DNA of 64,000 nucleotides from Candidatus Binataceae bacterium (GTDB lineage: Bacteria; Desulfobacterota; Binatia; Binatales; Binataceae), in the NCBI GenBank assembly GCA_963789715.1, contig CAWBLQ010000003.1, forward strand, positions 523,916-587,915. Reading direction: 5' to 3'. Shown here in pieces: positions 18,655-26,883 of the stretch. The notes beneath the pieces are model-generated. The model was not told where the DNA came from. It saw only the letters and a list, made by a program, of their open reading frames with translations, and did not search any database. The position numbers were made by a program, and so were the translations under genes. Positions within the stretch are counted from its first letter, which is position 1. The number at the start of each line of letters is the position of its first letter.

Positions 18655-20157
18655 ATGCCTCAGCTGATACTTGCCATCGACCAGGGAACCACTGGCACCA
18701 CCGTCTTCGTCGTCGATGCGCGCGGTCGTATCCGCGGCCGCGCCTACGCCGAGATCCGGCAGTTCTATCCGAAGCCCGGATGGGTCGAGCATGATCCGGA
18801 GGAAATCTACCGCTCGGTCGTCGCGCTCTCGAAGAAAGCGATCGCCGCCGCGAAGGTGACGCCGGCCGCGCTCGCGGGAATCGGCATCACCAATCAGCGC
18901 GAGACGTTCGTCGTGTGGGATCGGCGTAGCGGCCGCCCAGTCTATCGCGCAATCGTATGGCAATGCCGGCGCAGCGCCGCTATCTGCGACGCGCTGCGTG
19001 AGCGCGAACCGGAGGTCGTGCAGCGCACCGGATTGCTCGTCGATCCTTACTTCTCCGGCACCAAGCTCAAGTGGCTGCTCGACCACAAGCCCGATCTGCG
19101 CGCGCGCGGCGCGCGCGGCGATCTGTGCTTCGGCACCATCGACACCTGGCTGGTGCATAAGCTGTCGCGCGGCGCGGCGTTCGTCACCGACTACACCAAC
19201 GCCTCGCGCACGATGATGTTCAACCTGGCGCGCCGCGAATGGGACGACGAGATGCTCGCGATGCTGGGAGTTCCGCGCGAGATGTTGCCCACAGCCGTGA
19301 GCTCGCGAGGTCCGCTGGCCGAGACGGCGCCCGGAACGATCGCGCCGCGCGCGATTCCGATAGCCGCCGTGATCGGCGATCAGCAGTCTGCCCTGTACGG
19401 GCAGGGCGCGGTCGAACCCGGCCACTCGAAGGCTACTTACGGGACGGGAGCGTTCCTGCTGATGAACACCGGCGATAAAATCGTGCCGTCGAGGAATCGG
19501 CTGCTCGCGACCGCCGCGCTCGGTCCCGCCGGCCAGCCCGCCTACGCGCTGGAAGGCTCGGTGTTTATCGCGGGCGCGGCCGTGCAATGGCTGCGCGATG
19601 GCCTTAAGCTGGTGCGCACGGCCGCGGATACGGAGCGCGAGGCGCGCGCCAGTCTCGCGAAAAATAAAGATCGGTCGCAGCCCTACGTGGTGCCGGCTTT
19701 CGTCGGACTCGGCGCGCCGCATTGGGACGCGGCCGCCCGCGGCGCTATCATTGGAATCACGCGCGGCACGACCCGCGCCGATATAGTGCGCGCGACGCTC
19801 GACAGTATCGCCTACCAGGTGCGCGACGTCATCCTTGCGATGGAATCCGACACCGGCACTCCGATGAGCGAGCTGCGCGCCGACGGCGGCGCCACCGCGA
19901 ATCGCTACCTCATGCAGTTCCAGGCGGATATCCTAGGCAGGCCGGTGCGGCGCGCGAAGATCGCCGAGACCACGGCGATGGGCGCGGCGATGCTCGCGGG
20001 ACTAGCCACGGGAGTGTGGAAGTCGCCACGGGAATTGGACGCGCTCGTCGGAGAACCGGATGTCTTCAAGCCGAAGATGCAGACTGCTGAGCGCGAACAT
20101 TTGCTCGCCGGATGGCGCGACGCGGTCTCGCGCGTAGTCACCAAGCTGTCGAACTGA
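18655..20157 (+). CDS. glpK: Glycerol kinase
   Basis: LILAIDQGTTGTTVFVVD...FYPKPGWVEHDPEEI..., FGGY N- and C-terminal domains, about 500 aa. Confidence 0.9.
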   Translation: MPQLILAIDQGTTGTTVFVVDARGRIRGRAYAEIRQFYPKPGWVEHDPEEIYRSVVALSKKAIAAAKVTPAALAGIGITNQRETFVVWDRRSGRPVYRAIVWQCRRSAAICDALREREPEVVQRTGLLVDPYFSGTKLKWLLDHKPDLRARGARGDLCFGTIDTWLVHKLSRGAAFVTDYTNASRTMMFNLARREWDDEMLAMLGVPREMLPTAVSSRGPLAETAPGTIAPRAIPIAAVIGDQQSALYGQGAVEPGHSKATYGTGAFLLMNTGDKIVPSRNRLLATAALGPAGQPAYALEGSVFIAGAAVQWLRDGLKLVRTAADTEREARASLAKNKDRSQPYVVPAFVGLGAPHWDAAARGAIIGITRGTTRADIVRATLDSIAYQVRDVILAMESDTGTPMSELRADGGATANRYLMQFQADILGRPVRRAKIAETTAMGAAMLAGLATGVWKSPRELDALVGEPDVFKPKMQTAEREHLLAGWRDAVSRVVTKLSN

Positions 20158-20175
20158 ATCGAGGTTTCATCACCA

Positions 20176-20814
20176 ATGCCTGACAATGGAAAACCGTACG
20201 TTACCGCCCTTTACCCCGAACAGCACGACCAGGCTGCGGACTCGCTCGGCCGCGCGTTCATCAACGACCCGACCTTCAAGGCGATAATTCCGGATATCAC
20301 CGACCCGGGCGAGCGCGCCACGCATCTGGCGGACCTGTTCCGCGGGATGCTGGCGATAGAGCGCCGCACAGGACAGCCGGTGTTCGGCGTGATCGACGAC
20401 AATGGACGCGTCGTCGCCGCCGCGATGACCGAAGGCATCGGACATCCAGGCGCGCTCGGCTTAATCGGCACCGGGCTTGGACAGATGCCACGGCTCATCC
20501 GGGCGATCGGAATGGGCGGCCTCTGGCGCGGGCTGAATCTGGTAAGCGTGCTGGCAGACAACCATCCCAAGGAGCCGCATCTGTACCTGCAAGTGCTAGG
20601 ATGCGATCCGCCGTTTCAGGGGAAGGGCTATGGCAAGGCTTTGGTCGATCGGCTCGCGCTCGAGGCGAAAGCGCGGCCGGAGATAGCCGGCGTTTACCTG
20701 GAGACCATGACCGAGGCCAACGTCGCGTTCTACAGTTCCAGGGGCTACGAAATCCTGGGCGAGTTGTACCCGTTAGGCGTCAGGACGTGGCGGATGTACC
20801 AGCGCAAGCGCTAG
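20176..20814 (+). CDS. GNAT family N-acetyltransferase
   Basis: QGKGYGKALVDRLALEA...AFYSSRGYE motif. Confidence 0.7.
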   Translation: MPDNGKPYVTALYPEQHDQAADSLGRAFINDPTFKAIIPDITDPGERATHLADLFRGMLAIERRTGQPVFGVIDDNGRVVAAAMTEGIGHPGALGLIGTGLGQMPRLIRAIGMGGLWRGLNLVSVLADNHPKEPHLYLQVLGCDPPFQGKGYGKALVDRLALEAKARPEIAGVYLETMTEANVAFYSSRGYEILGELYPLGVRTWRMYQRKR

Positions 20815-21105
20815 TCATGCAGCGGCGGTGCGCGGATGGATAGTTGTGACGCGAAGTCCCTTGGAGGTCCACCCAACGTCGAAGCCGACGATGTCGCCTT
20901 CGCGAATCAGGTCGATACCCGGCATCGTGCCGCCAATTCGCGCGCCGACGACGGTCACGAATGGAAACTCAAAGAAGATCTCCTTGCCGCTATGCGAGCG
21001 CACCACGCCGCGTCCGCGCGCGCGGTCGAGCTTGAGGATCATCCCCTGGTAAAAATTTCCGGGAAAGCGTTCGCTGTCGTATTCGTCTTCGTTATCGTTG
21101 GCCAC
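20815..21105 (-). CDS. Cold-shock-domain-like small protein with an acidic N-terminal extension
   Basis: GMILKLDRARGRGVVRS..GKEIFFEFPFV...LIREGDIVGFDVGWTSKGLRVTTI follows the CspA pattern G.I..f...GFGFI...g.diFfH..a....l.eG..V.F.v..g.kG..A.nV. Confidence 0.45.
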   Translation of the reverse strand: MANDNEDEYDSERFPGNFYQGMILKLDRARGRGVVRSHSGKEIFFEFPFVTVVGARIGGTMPGIDLIREGDIVGFDVGWTSKGLRVTTIHPRTAAA

Positions 21106-21164
21106 TATCCCAGTGAAGTAGCATCCCAGGGCGGCGCGGGAAAGCGATTTGGGTAGGAGAATGA

Positions 21165-21812
21165 TCAGGTGCCCAGCTTGTAATCGATCACCTTGGTCAC
21201 TGATTCGACCAGCAGCTTTCCATTCCAGGTCTTCCTGGTTTCTTCCTTGACCAGGCCGCCGGGGACGTCATCCGACAACCAGTCTTTCGAGGTCGATAGC
21301 TCCGGGCCGGTCTTGACCGAGGTCTCGACCCAATGAGTCTTGATCTTGTTGCCCATCACCGTCACCTCCTCGTCGCCTTCAGTCTGCTTCACGACTTCCT
21401 GCTTCGGAGGCTTTTCCATCAGCGACTCGCTGGCGTTGCTGATTTCGCCGTTGGCAAAGAGCGTCACCTTGTCAGGCGGCATCTCGGTTTCGCTACCCTC
21501 GCCGAGATCGACCCTGGTTTCCTCGAGCACGGCCTTGTCCTGGTTGAAATCGACCAGCTTGGTGTTGATGCGCATGACCGCGGCGCCGGGCGGATGCGCC
21601 ATGGCTTCCACCACGCCGACATTGTTCTCGCGATGTTCAAAAACTTTTCGCTCGAGGGTGACATAGGTGCCGGGTTTGAAGTGAGACCATTGCTGGTATT
21701 CCGGGTTGGCCGGCTGCGGAGGATGCGAATCGTCAGCGGCCATAAGGAAGAGACTTGCGCCCAGCAGACTGGAACCCACGATTGCCGCGTAAAGTGTCGG
21801 GCGCAAGTTCAT
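21165..21812 (-). CDS. Secreted hypothetical protein (signal peptide)
   Basis: MNLRPTLYAAIVGSSLLGASLFLMAADD is an N-terminal signal peptide. No recognised motif. Confidence 0.5.
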   Translation of the reverse strand: MNLRPTLYAAIVGSSLLGASLFLMAADDSHPPQPANPEYQQWSHFKPGTYVTLERKVFEHRENNVGVVEAMAHPPGAAVMRINTKLVDFNQDKAVLEETRVDLGEGSETEMPPDKVTLFANGEISNASESLMEKPPKQEVVKQTEGDEEVTVMGNKIKTHWVETSVKTGPELSTSKDWLSDDVPGGLVKEETRKTWNGKLLVESVTKVIDYKLGT

Positions 21813-22044
21813 GGTGTAGGACCTCCCGAGTGAAGTAGGTGGAAGCAGGAAAGAGCTATACTCAAACTACGCCGAGATCCTACTGAAAGAAAATTGTCGA
21901 TGTCAACCGTAACCTACAGGATTCGGGCGCGTAGTCTAAGGTAGGTGCCGCGCTCGGTTGACAATGGAGTTTAGGAATCGTTAGATCGGAATACTTGACT
22001 GAAGGATTTCGACGACTAACCGATACAACCGGGAGTGAGTTCCC

Positions 22045-22383
22045 TTGCAGGAGGAACCGGTGGAATCCGACAAGCCCGCCATCCGGAACAAGCTTAAGGA
22101 ACGGCTTCGCGCGATCGTCGGCACGAGCGCCGGCACTATCGTGCTCGCGACCACGATACTGAGTGCGATTCCCGCCGACGCCAACGTTGCGGACAGCAAT
22201 CCGGCGGAGACTCTCCGCCAGCGCGTCGAGAAAGTCCGCCCGCAGGCCGAGGACGCGAACGCAAATCTGCAGCAGGGTGATTCGAAAATCCAGTTGGCGT
22301 GGTGGCGCAATTGGCGCAACGGCGGATGGCGCGGATGGGGTTGGCCGAACTGGCACAACTGGCGCAACTGGCGTAATTGGTAA
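22045..22383 (+). CDS. Candidate RiPP precursor or exported peptide. The C-terminal 28 residues, AWWRNWRNGGWRGWGWPNWHNWRNWRNW, carry a Trp at every third position
   Basis: The track start is TTG at 22045. An in-frame GTG at 22060 has AGGAGG 5 nt upstream and is the likelier start. After a KERLR n-region there is a hydrophobic stretch AIVGTSAGTIVLATTILSAIP and then ADA|NVA, which looks like a Sec signal peptidase site. The radical-SAM gene follows 61 bp downstream on the same strand. Confidence 0.55.
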   Translation: MQEEPVESDKPAIRNKLKERLRAIVGTSAGTIVLATTILSAIPADANVADSNPAETLRQRVEKVRPQAEDANANLQQGDSKIQLAWWRNWRNGGWRGWGWPNWHNWRNWRNW

Positions 22384-22444
22384 AATCTCAGGGGCGCGAT
22401 TCGCTGTGAGCCGGCGTGCGGCGCGGCCTCGAGCAATATTCAAG

Positions 22445-23608
22445 ATGGCTGCGGGCTATAGATGGCGAATCGCCGGGCCGCTCGAGCTTCTCGTCCTGCA
22501 GGCTACTCCGTTCTGCAATCTCGACTGCGCGTATTGCTATCTTCCGGACCGCGACTCGAAGCGCAGGATGTCCGACGCGACTCTGAATCGTGTCTTTCAA
22601 TTCGTCTTTTCAAGCGGAATCGTGGAGCGGGGCTTCACCGTGGTATGGCACGCGGGCGAGCCGATGGTCCTGCCGGTGGCCTATTACGAACGCGCGATTG
22701 AAATTGCGGCCGCGCATAACCCGGGGGGCGTGCAGGTTGGTCATTCGTTCCAGACCAACGGCGTGCTCATCGACGACGCCTGGTGCGATTTTTTCAAGCG
22801 CCGTCGCGTCAACGTCGGCGTGAGCGTTGACGGGCCGGCGTTTCTTCACGATCGCAATCGGAAAACGCGCAAGGGCGCCGCGACTCATCATCGAGTCATG
22901 CAAGGGATCCGAAAGCTGCAAAGCCGCAACGTGCCGTTTCACGTGATCTCCGTGCTCACCGCAGAGTCGCTCGACTACGCCGACGAACTGTACGATTTCT
23001 ACGTCGAGAACGAGCTCCGGGAGGTCGCGTTCAATATCGAGGAGATCGAAGGACCGCACGCCGCGTCGACGCTCGACGACGCGAGCATCGAGGATCGCTT
23101 TCGGCGCTTCATCGGCAGATTTTTCGACCTCGTCGCGCGCGACGAGTCGGCTATAAGTGTGCGCGAGTTCGACTCGATGGTGCCGATGATTCCTGGCAGC
23201 GACCGCGACGACATTGCGCTGATCCAGGAAAATGCGCCCGGCGCGATAGTCAGTATCGACTGCGAAGGCAACTTCACTTCATACTCGCCGGAACTGCTCG
23301 GCCTCAAGAGTAGTCATTACGGTGATTTTGCTATAGGCAATGTGAATACCGACACGCTCGCTTCGGCGATCAACGGCGAAAAGTTTCGCCGTATGAGTAG
23401 TGATATCGCGCACGGATTGAGTAAATGTCGCGCGACGTGTGAGTATTATAGTTTGTGCGGAGGCGGCGCGCCGGTGAATAAGTACTTTGAGAATGGCTCT
23501 TTCGATTCGACCGAGACCATGTTCTGCCGATTGAATCGCAAGGCGATCATCGATGTGATTGTCGCGAAGCTGCAACACCCGATGGGCGCGCCGACATCCG
23601 TCGCCTGA
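22445..23608 (+). CDS. Radical SAM / SPASM-domain peptide-modifying enzyme (anSME-like fold)
   Basis: QATPFCNLDCAYCYLP is the CxxxCxxC radical-SAM cluster. GEPMV matches the GGEP motif. The C-terminal CRATCEYYSLCGGGAP...FC is an SPASM auxiliary-cluster motif. Start at the ATG at 22445 (MAAGYRW). Confidence 0.85.
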   Translation: MAAGYRWRIAGPLELLVLQATPFCNLDCAYCYLPDRDSKRRMSDATLNRVFQFVFSSGIVERGFTVVWHAGEPMVLPVAYYERAIEIAAAHNPGGVQVGHSFQTNGVLIDDAWCDFFKRRRVNVGVSVDGPAFLHDRNRKTRKGAATHHRVMQGIRKLQSRNVPFHVISVLTAESLDYADELYDFYVENELREVAFNIEEIEGPHAASTLDDASIEDRFRRFIGRFFDLVARDESAISVREFDSMVPMIPGSDRDDIALIQENAPGAIVSIDCEGNFTSYSPELLGLKSSHYGDFAIGNVNTDTLASAINGEKFRRMSSDIAHGLSKCRATCEYYSLCGGGAPVNKYFENGSFDSTETMFCRLNRKAIIDVIVAKLQHPMGAPTSVA

Positions 23609-23629
23609 CGCCGCGCGCAAACAAATTCA

Positions 23630-24235
23630 GTGAAGACATCGCCGGGTTGCCGAGTTTGCCACGCGGCGCGGTACCGCAGCCAGCTGACGATGGCTGATCG
23701 AGTGCAGGTGCTCGACTCGACCGGATGGCGGCGCGCCAGCGCGGACGAGATGGCGGCGGCATGCATCGACGAGCAAGGGCGGACGGCTGGCGATGTGTCG
23801 GTGATCGCGATACCCAAGCATTTGTTGAGGCGATGGTGGAGTCTGGCTGAGTCGGGCGACGGTGATCCGATCCATATAAAGCCGGGGTTTGAGAGCTACG
23901 CGCGCGAGATTGCCGAATATTTCAATTACAAGAGCTGGCCGTTGCCGACTGATGCCCTGATGGAGGTCGCGGTCTCCGACGATGCAACCGCGGCGCCGCA
24001 ACCTAGTCGCGCGACGCGGTTCAGCCGCGGAATCGGCACGCTGCTCGCGGTTATCAACCTCGGCGATGAGAACCTTAGGATCGTTCTGGGCGCGGAGTCC
24101 GCGCAGGTTCGCGTCATCCTCGAACCAGGCGAGGGCGTGATGCTGCCAGCTTGCGGCGTCCTCTGGAATCTTGCGACTCTTCGCGGATCAGATCTCGCGG
24201 TAACGATGCTGATTGGGCGGCTTTCGACTGACTAG
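23630..24235 (+). CDS. Hypothetical protein co-directional with and 22 nt downstream of the rSAM gene (possible cupin-like beta-barrel C-terminus)
   Basis: The C-terminal ..LGDENLRIVLGAESAQVRVILEPGEGVMLPACGVLWNL.. loosely resembles the cupin G(x)5PxG motif but has no His ligands. Start may be MADRVQ near 23690. Confidence 0.4.
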   Translation: MKTSPGCRVCHAARYRSQLTMADRVQVLDSTGWRRASADEMAAACIDEQGRTAGDVSVIAIPKHLLRRWWSLAESGDGDPIHIKPGFESYAREIAEYFNYKSWPLPTDALMEVAVSDDATAAPQPSRATRFSRGIGTLLAVINLGDENLRIVLGAESAQVRVILEPGEGVMLPACGVLWNLATLRGSDLAVTMLIGRLSTD

Positions 24236-24242
24236 TCAATCG

Positions 24243-24554
24243 CTACGGCATCGACATGCAGATTTGCAATTCGTTGACCGCGTTGTCGATGTATCCGATC
24301 GCGTTGGCCTTGTGCCCGTGATAGTCACTCGCGGCTTCGGCCTTCAGCACGTAGCGTGCGTGCTGTAGCTCGTTCAGCGCTTGTGAGATTGCAGGATGGC
24401 TGCCGGGCGGAGGTCCGGGAGGAGGACCGTAATAGCCAGTGCCTTCGGGCGGACCGTAAGGACCGCTGCTGTACGCCGGCCCCTGCGAGCACGCGGCGCA
24501 GGCTAGGAAAACCCCGAAGATAACGCCGCTGGCGAAACACAGTACTTTGACCAT
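24243..24554 (-). CDS. Small Gly/Pro/Tyr-rich lipoprotein
   Basis: MVKVLCFASGVIFGVFLACAAC is a signal peptide with lipobox. It is followed by GPYGPPEGTGYYGPPPGPPPG. Confidence 0.5.
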   Translation of the reverse strand: MVKVLCFASGVIFGVFLACAACSQGPAYSSGPYGPPEGTGYYGPPPGPPPGSHPAISQALNELQHARYVLKAEAASDYHGHKANAIGYIDNAVNELQICMSMP

Positions 24555-24567
24555 CGCAGTACTCCTG

Positions 24568-24981
24568 TCAGGGGAAATGGCGATCGATGTAAGTAATCGC
24601 GGACTCGAGGTCAGGCAGTATCTTGGTGCAGAAACGGACCATCCACGGCGAGCACTCCGCGAAGCTGAACGGGCTGAAGGCGATCACGAACTTGCCGAGG
24701 TCGTGCCCCGCGTAAAACACTTCCATCGCGGTGCCGAGCGAGGGCTTGCAGTAGTTGACGAGCAGCAGGTCGGCCTCGCGAACGTCCTGCAGATCGAACT
24801 CGACGATTTCATTGGCGGAATCGATCTCGCGGTCGCGAAAATTGCGCCGCATCGGATCGAGCAAAATGAATCTTCCGGCCAGCCGTTCCTTTGCGCGCGT
24901 GCGCCAGTCTTTGGCCGAGCGCTCGGACTCCGCATCCATGATTGGACCGCAGAGATAAATCTTTCGGACCCCGTCAGCCAT
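24568..24981 (-). CDS. Nucleoside 2-deoxyribosyltransferase-like (YtoQ/LOG-like Rossmann) protein
   Basis: KIYLCGPIMDAESE...LLDP... resembles the N-terminal YLAGPxF motif of the family. The opposite-strand ORF 24547-25083 reads as low-complexity junk. Confidence 0.45.
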   Translation of the reverse strand: MADGVRKIYLCGPIMDAESERSAKDWRTRAKERLAGRFILLDPMRRNFRDREIDSANEIVEFDLQDVREADLLLVNYCKPSLGTAMEVFYAGHDLGKFVIAFSPFSFAECSPWMVRFCTKILPDLESAITYIDRHFP

Positions 24982-25097
24982 CGCGCCGCAATTTACCACA
25001 GCCGCCTCTGGAGCGCATCGACAACAAGGGCGGAGCGTTCCAAATCCCGGTCAAAGCCGATAAGTTCTAAGACGGCTGCCTGAGCGGCACTTCGAGC

Positions 25098-25886
25098 ATG
25101 TCCAAAGTTGAAAGCATTAATCCCGGGGAGCTCAACGGTGCGGCCGACAACGCCGAATCACTGGAACTCCGCGGCGAAGGCTTGGTTAAGGTTTACGGCG
25201 GGCGCGCGGTCGTCGACAACGTCAACGTGCTCGTCAAGCCGGGCGAGGTGGTGGGCTTCCTCGGTCCCAACGGCGCGGGCAAGACGACGACCTTCTACAT
25301 GCTGGTGGGACTGCTGAAGCCCGACCAGGGACGAATCATGTTCAGCGGCGAGGACATCACGACGCTGCCGCTGTACCAGCGCGCGCGCCGCGGGATTTCC
25401 TACCTGCCGCAAGAGCCGAGCGTCTTTCGCAAGCTGACGGTCGAGCAGAATCTGCTGGCGGTGCTCGAAACGCTGCCGCTCACCGAAGAGGAGCGCTACG
25501 CGCGCCTGCAATCGCTGCTCGACGAGCTCGGAATCGCGAAGCTGGCGAAGTCCAAGGCAGGGGTGCTGTCAGGCGGCGAGCGCCGGCGCGTGGAAATCAC
25601 GCGGGCGCTGGTGCTCGATCCGGTGTACCTGTGCCTTGACGAGCCGTTTGCGGGAATCGACCCGATCACCGTCGTCGAGATTCAGCGCGTCGTGTCGTAT
25701 CTCAAGGAGCGCGGCATCGGGGTGCTGATGTCGGATCACAACGTGCACGCGACGCTGTCGATCATCGATCGCGCCTATATCATTCACTCGGGCAAGATTT
25801 TGTTCGAAGGCAAACCGCGCGACATCGTCGCCAGCGAGGCAGTGCGCCAGGTGTTCCTGGGCGAGCGCTTCAAGCTGGCGAGATAG
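25098..25886 (+). CDS. lptB: LPS export ABC transporter ATP-binding protein LptB
   Basis: GPNGAGKTTTFYM (Walker A), LSGGERRRVEITRAL (signature), ...CLDEPFAGIDP (Walker B) and an LptB-typical C-terminus, about 240 aa. Confidence 0.85.
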   Translation: MSKVESINPGELNGAADNAESLELRGEGLVKVYGGRAVVDNVNVLVKPGEVVGFLGPNGAGKTTTFYMLVGLLKPDQGRIMFSGEDITTLPLYQRARRGISYLPQEPSVFRKLTVEQNLLAVLETLPLTEEERYARLQSLLDELGIAKLAKSKAGVLSGGERRRVEITRALVLDPVYLCLDEPFAGIDPITVVEIQRVVSYLKERGIGVLMSDHNVHATLSIIDRAYIIHSGKILFEGKPRDIVASEAVRQVFLGERFKLAR

Positions 25887-25898
25887 GGCGCGGTTCGA

Positions 25899-26699
25899 TC
25901 AGTAAGGCAATCCGGGCGACGAGCCATACGGAGCACTGGGCATCGGCGACGGATAGGACGGATAGCCGTAACTGGGATAGGTCGGCGCGTAGCCGGAACT
26001 GAATCCACCCGAACTGAATCCGCCCATGCCTCCGCCGAAGCCGCCGCCACCGCCGCCGACCGTCATGCCGCCGCCGAGCAGCAGTGGAAGGATAGTCGTC
26101 AGCATGCTTGGCGGTGCGCTGTTGTACTGCTGATATTGCTGATACTGCCCCTGCGCCTGGTAAGCCTGCGCCCCGGGCGGCTCGTTGTTCTGGTAGTCCT
26201 GGATCGAACCGGACGACGCGTACGGATCGGAGCCATCGGACGGCATCGCATTGGCGGACGGGACGCCGTTGACGGTCGATCCCGGGATGCCACCGCTGCC
26301 AGCCAGTTCAGGGCTGATCTTGATCCGGTTGTCCACCACCAGCGACGGATCCTTAAGATAGTGGCGAGCCTTCTGCTCGGCGTCGGTCTTGCCAAAATCG
26401 CTCGCCACGAAGCCGAACAGGATCACCTGCTTGCCGCCGCTGGGACTGGTGACGACTTGCGCACCAACCAGCGGCAGAGAGTGATGCTTCAAGTAATCGG
26501 AGAGGCCCTGGCTTTGCGGCGAATCGATCGTGCCGCCGGCGACAGTGCCTGCGCTCGAGGGCGGCGGCAAGCTGGTTCCAAGCGGCGCAGCTTTGGTCGC
26601 ACCCGTTCCAAACGGATTCTGCACGGGCTCGCATGAGGCCAATCCCGCCAGAGCCAGCGCCAGCCCGAAAGCTGCCACGGCATTTACAATGCGACTCAT
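25899..26699 (-). CDS. BON-domain lipoprotein with a Gln/Tyr/Gly/Ser-rich low-complexity C-terminal tail
   Basis: MSRIVNAVAAFGLALALAGLASC is a lipobox. DYLKHH..VGAQVVTSPSGGKQVILFGFV...VVDNRIKISPE is a BON domain. The tail reads QAQGQYQQYQQYN...GGGGGGFGGGMGGFSSGGFSSGYAPTYPSYGYPSYPSP. Confidence 0.6.
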   Translation of the reverse strand: MSRIVNAVAAFGLALALAGLASCEPVQNPFGTGATKAAPLGTSLPPPSSAGTVAGGTIDSPQSQGLSDYLKHHSLPLVGAQVVTSPSGGKQVILFGFVASDFGKTDAEQKARHYLKDPSLVVDNRIKISPELAGSGGIPGSTVNGVPSANAMPSDGSDPYASSGSIQDYQNNEPPGAQAYQAQGQYQQYQQYNSAPPSMLTTILPLLLGGGMTVGGGGGGFGGGMGGFSSGGFSSGYAPTYPSYGYPSYPSPMPSAPYGSSPGLPY

Positions 26700-26883
26700 A
26701 TAGATCGGATTATAGTCCTGCACCAGCCACCTAACAAATCGACGAATTTTGAGCAGTTTCGTTTCATTTTGCGATGACTCTTCGCGTTGCGAGAATGCGT
26801 TACTCATTGTGCGAGAGGGGCTTGCGCCTAATCTGTGCTTTTCGATGGCACGCTCGATGCACAGCTAGCTGGCAGGTTGAGGA

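Noticed and set aside
21958-21987. TTGACA-N17-TTAGAT sigma70-like promoter upstream of the peptide gene
   Set aside because: The -35 is perfect but the -10 matches consensus at only 3 of 6 positions. Promoter consensus for this high-GC lineage is unknown, so this is too weak to call. It is only worth noting as a place to look.
24547-25083. 178-aa plus-strand ORF overlapping the NDT-like gene
   Set aside because: The translation has no motif and reads as antisense-type composition. The minus-strand ORF has the YLCGPI N-terminal pattern of deoxyribosyltransferase-like proteins.
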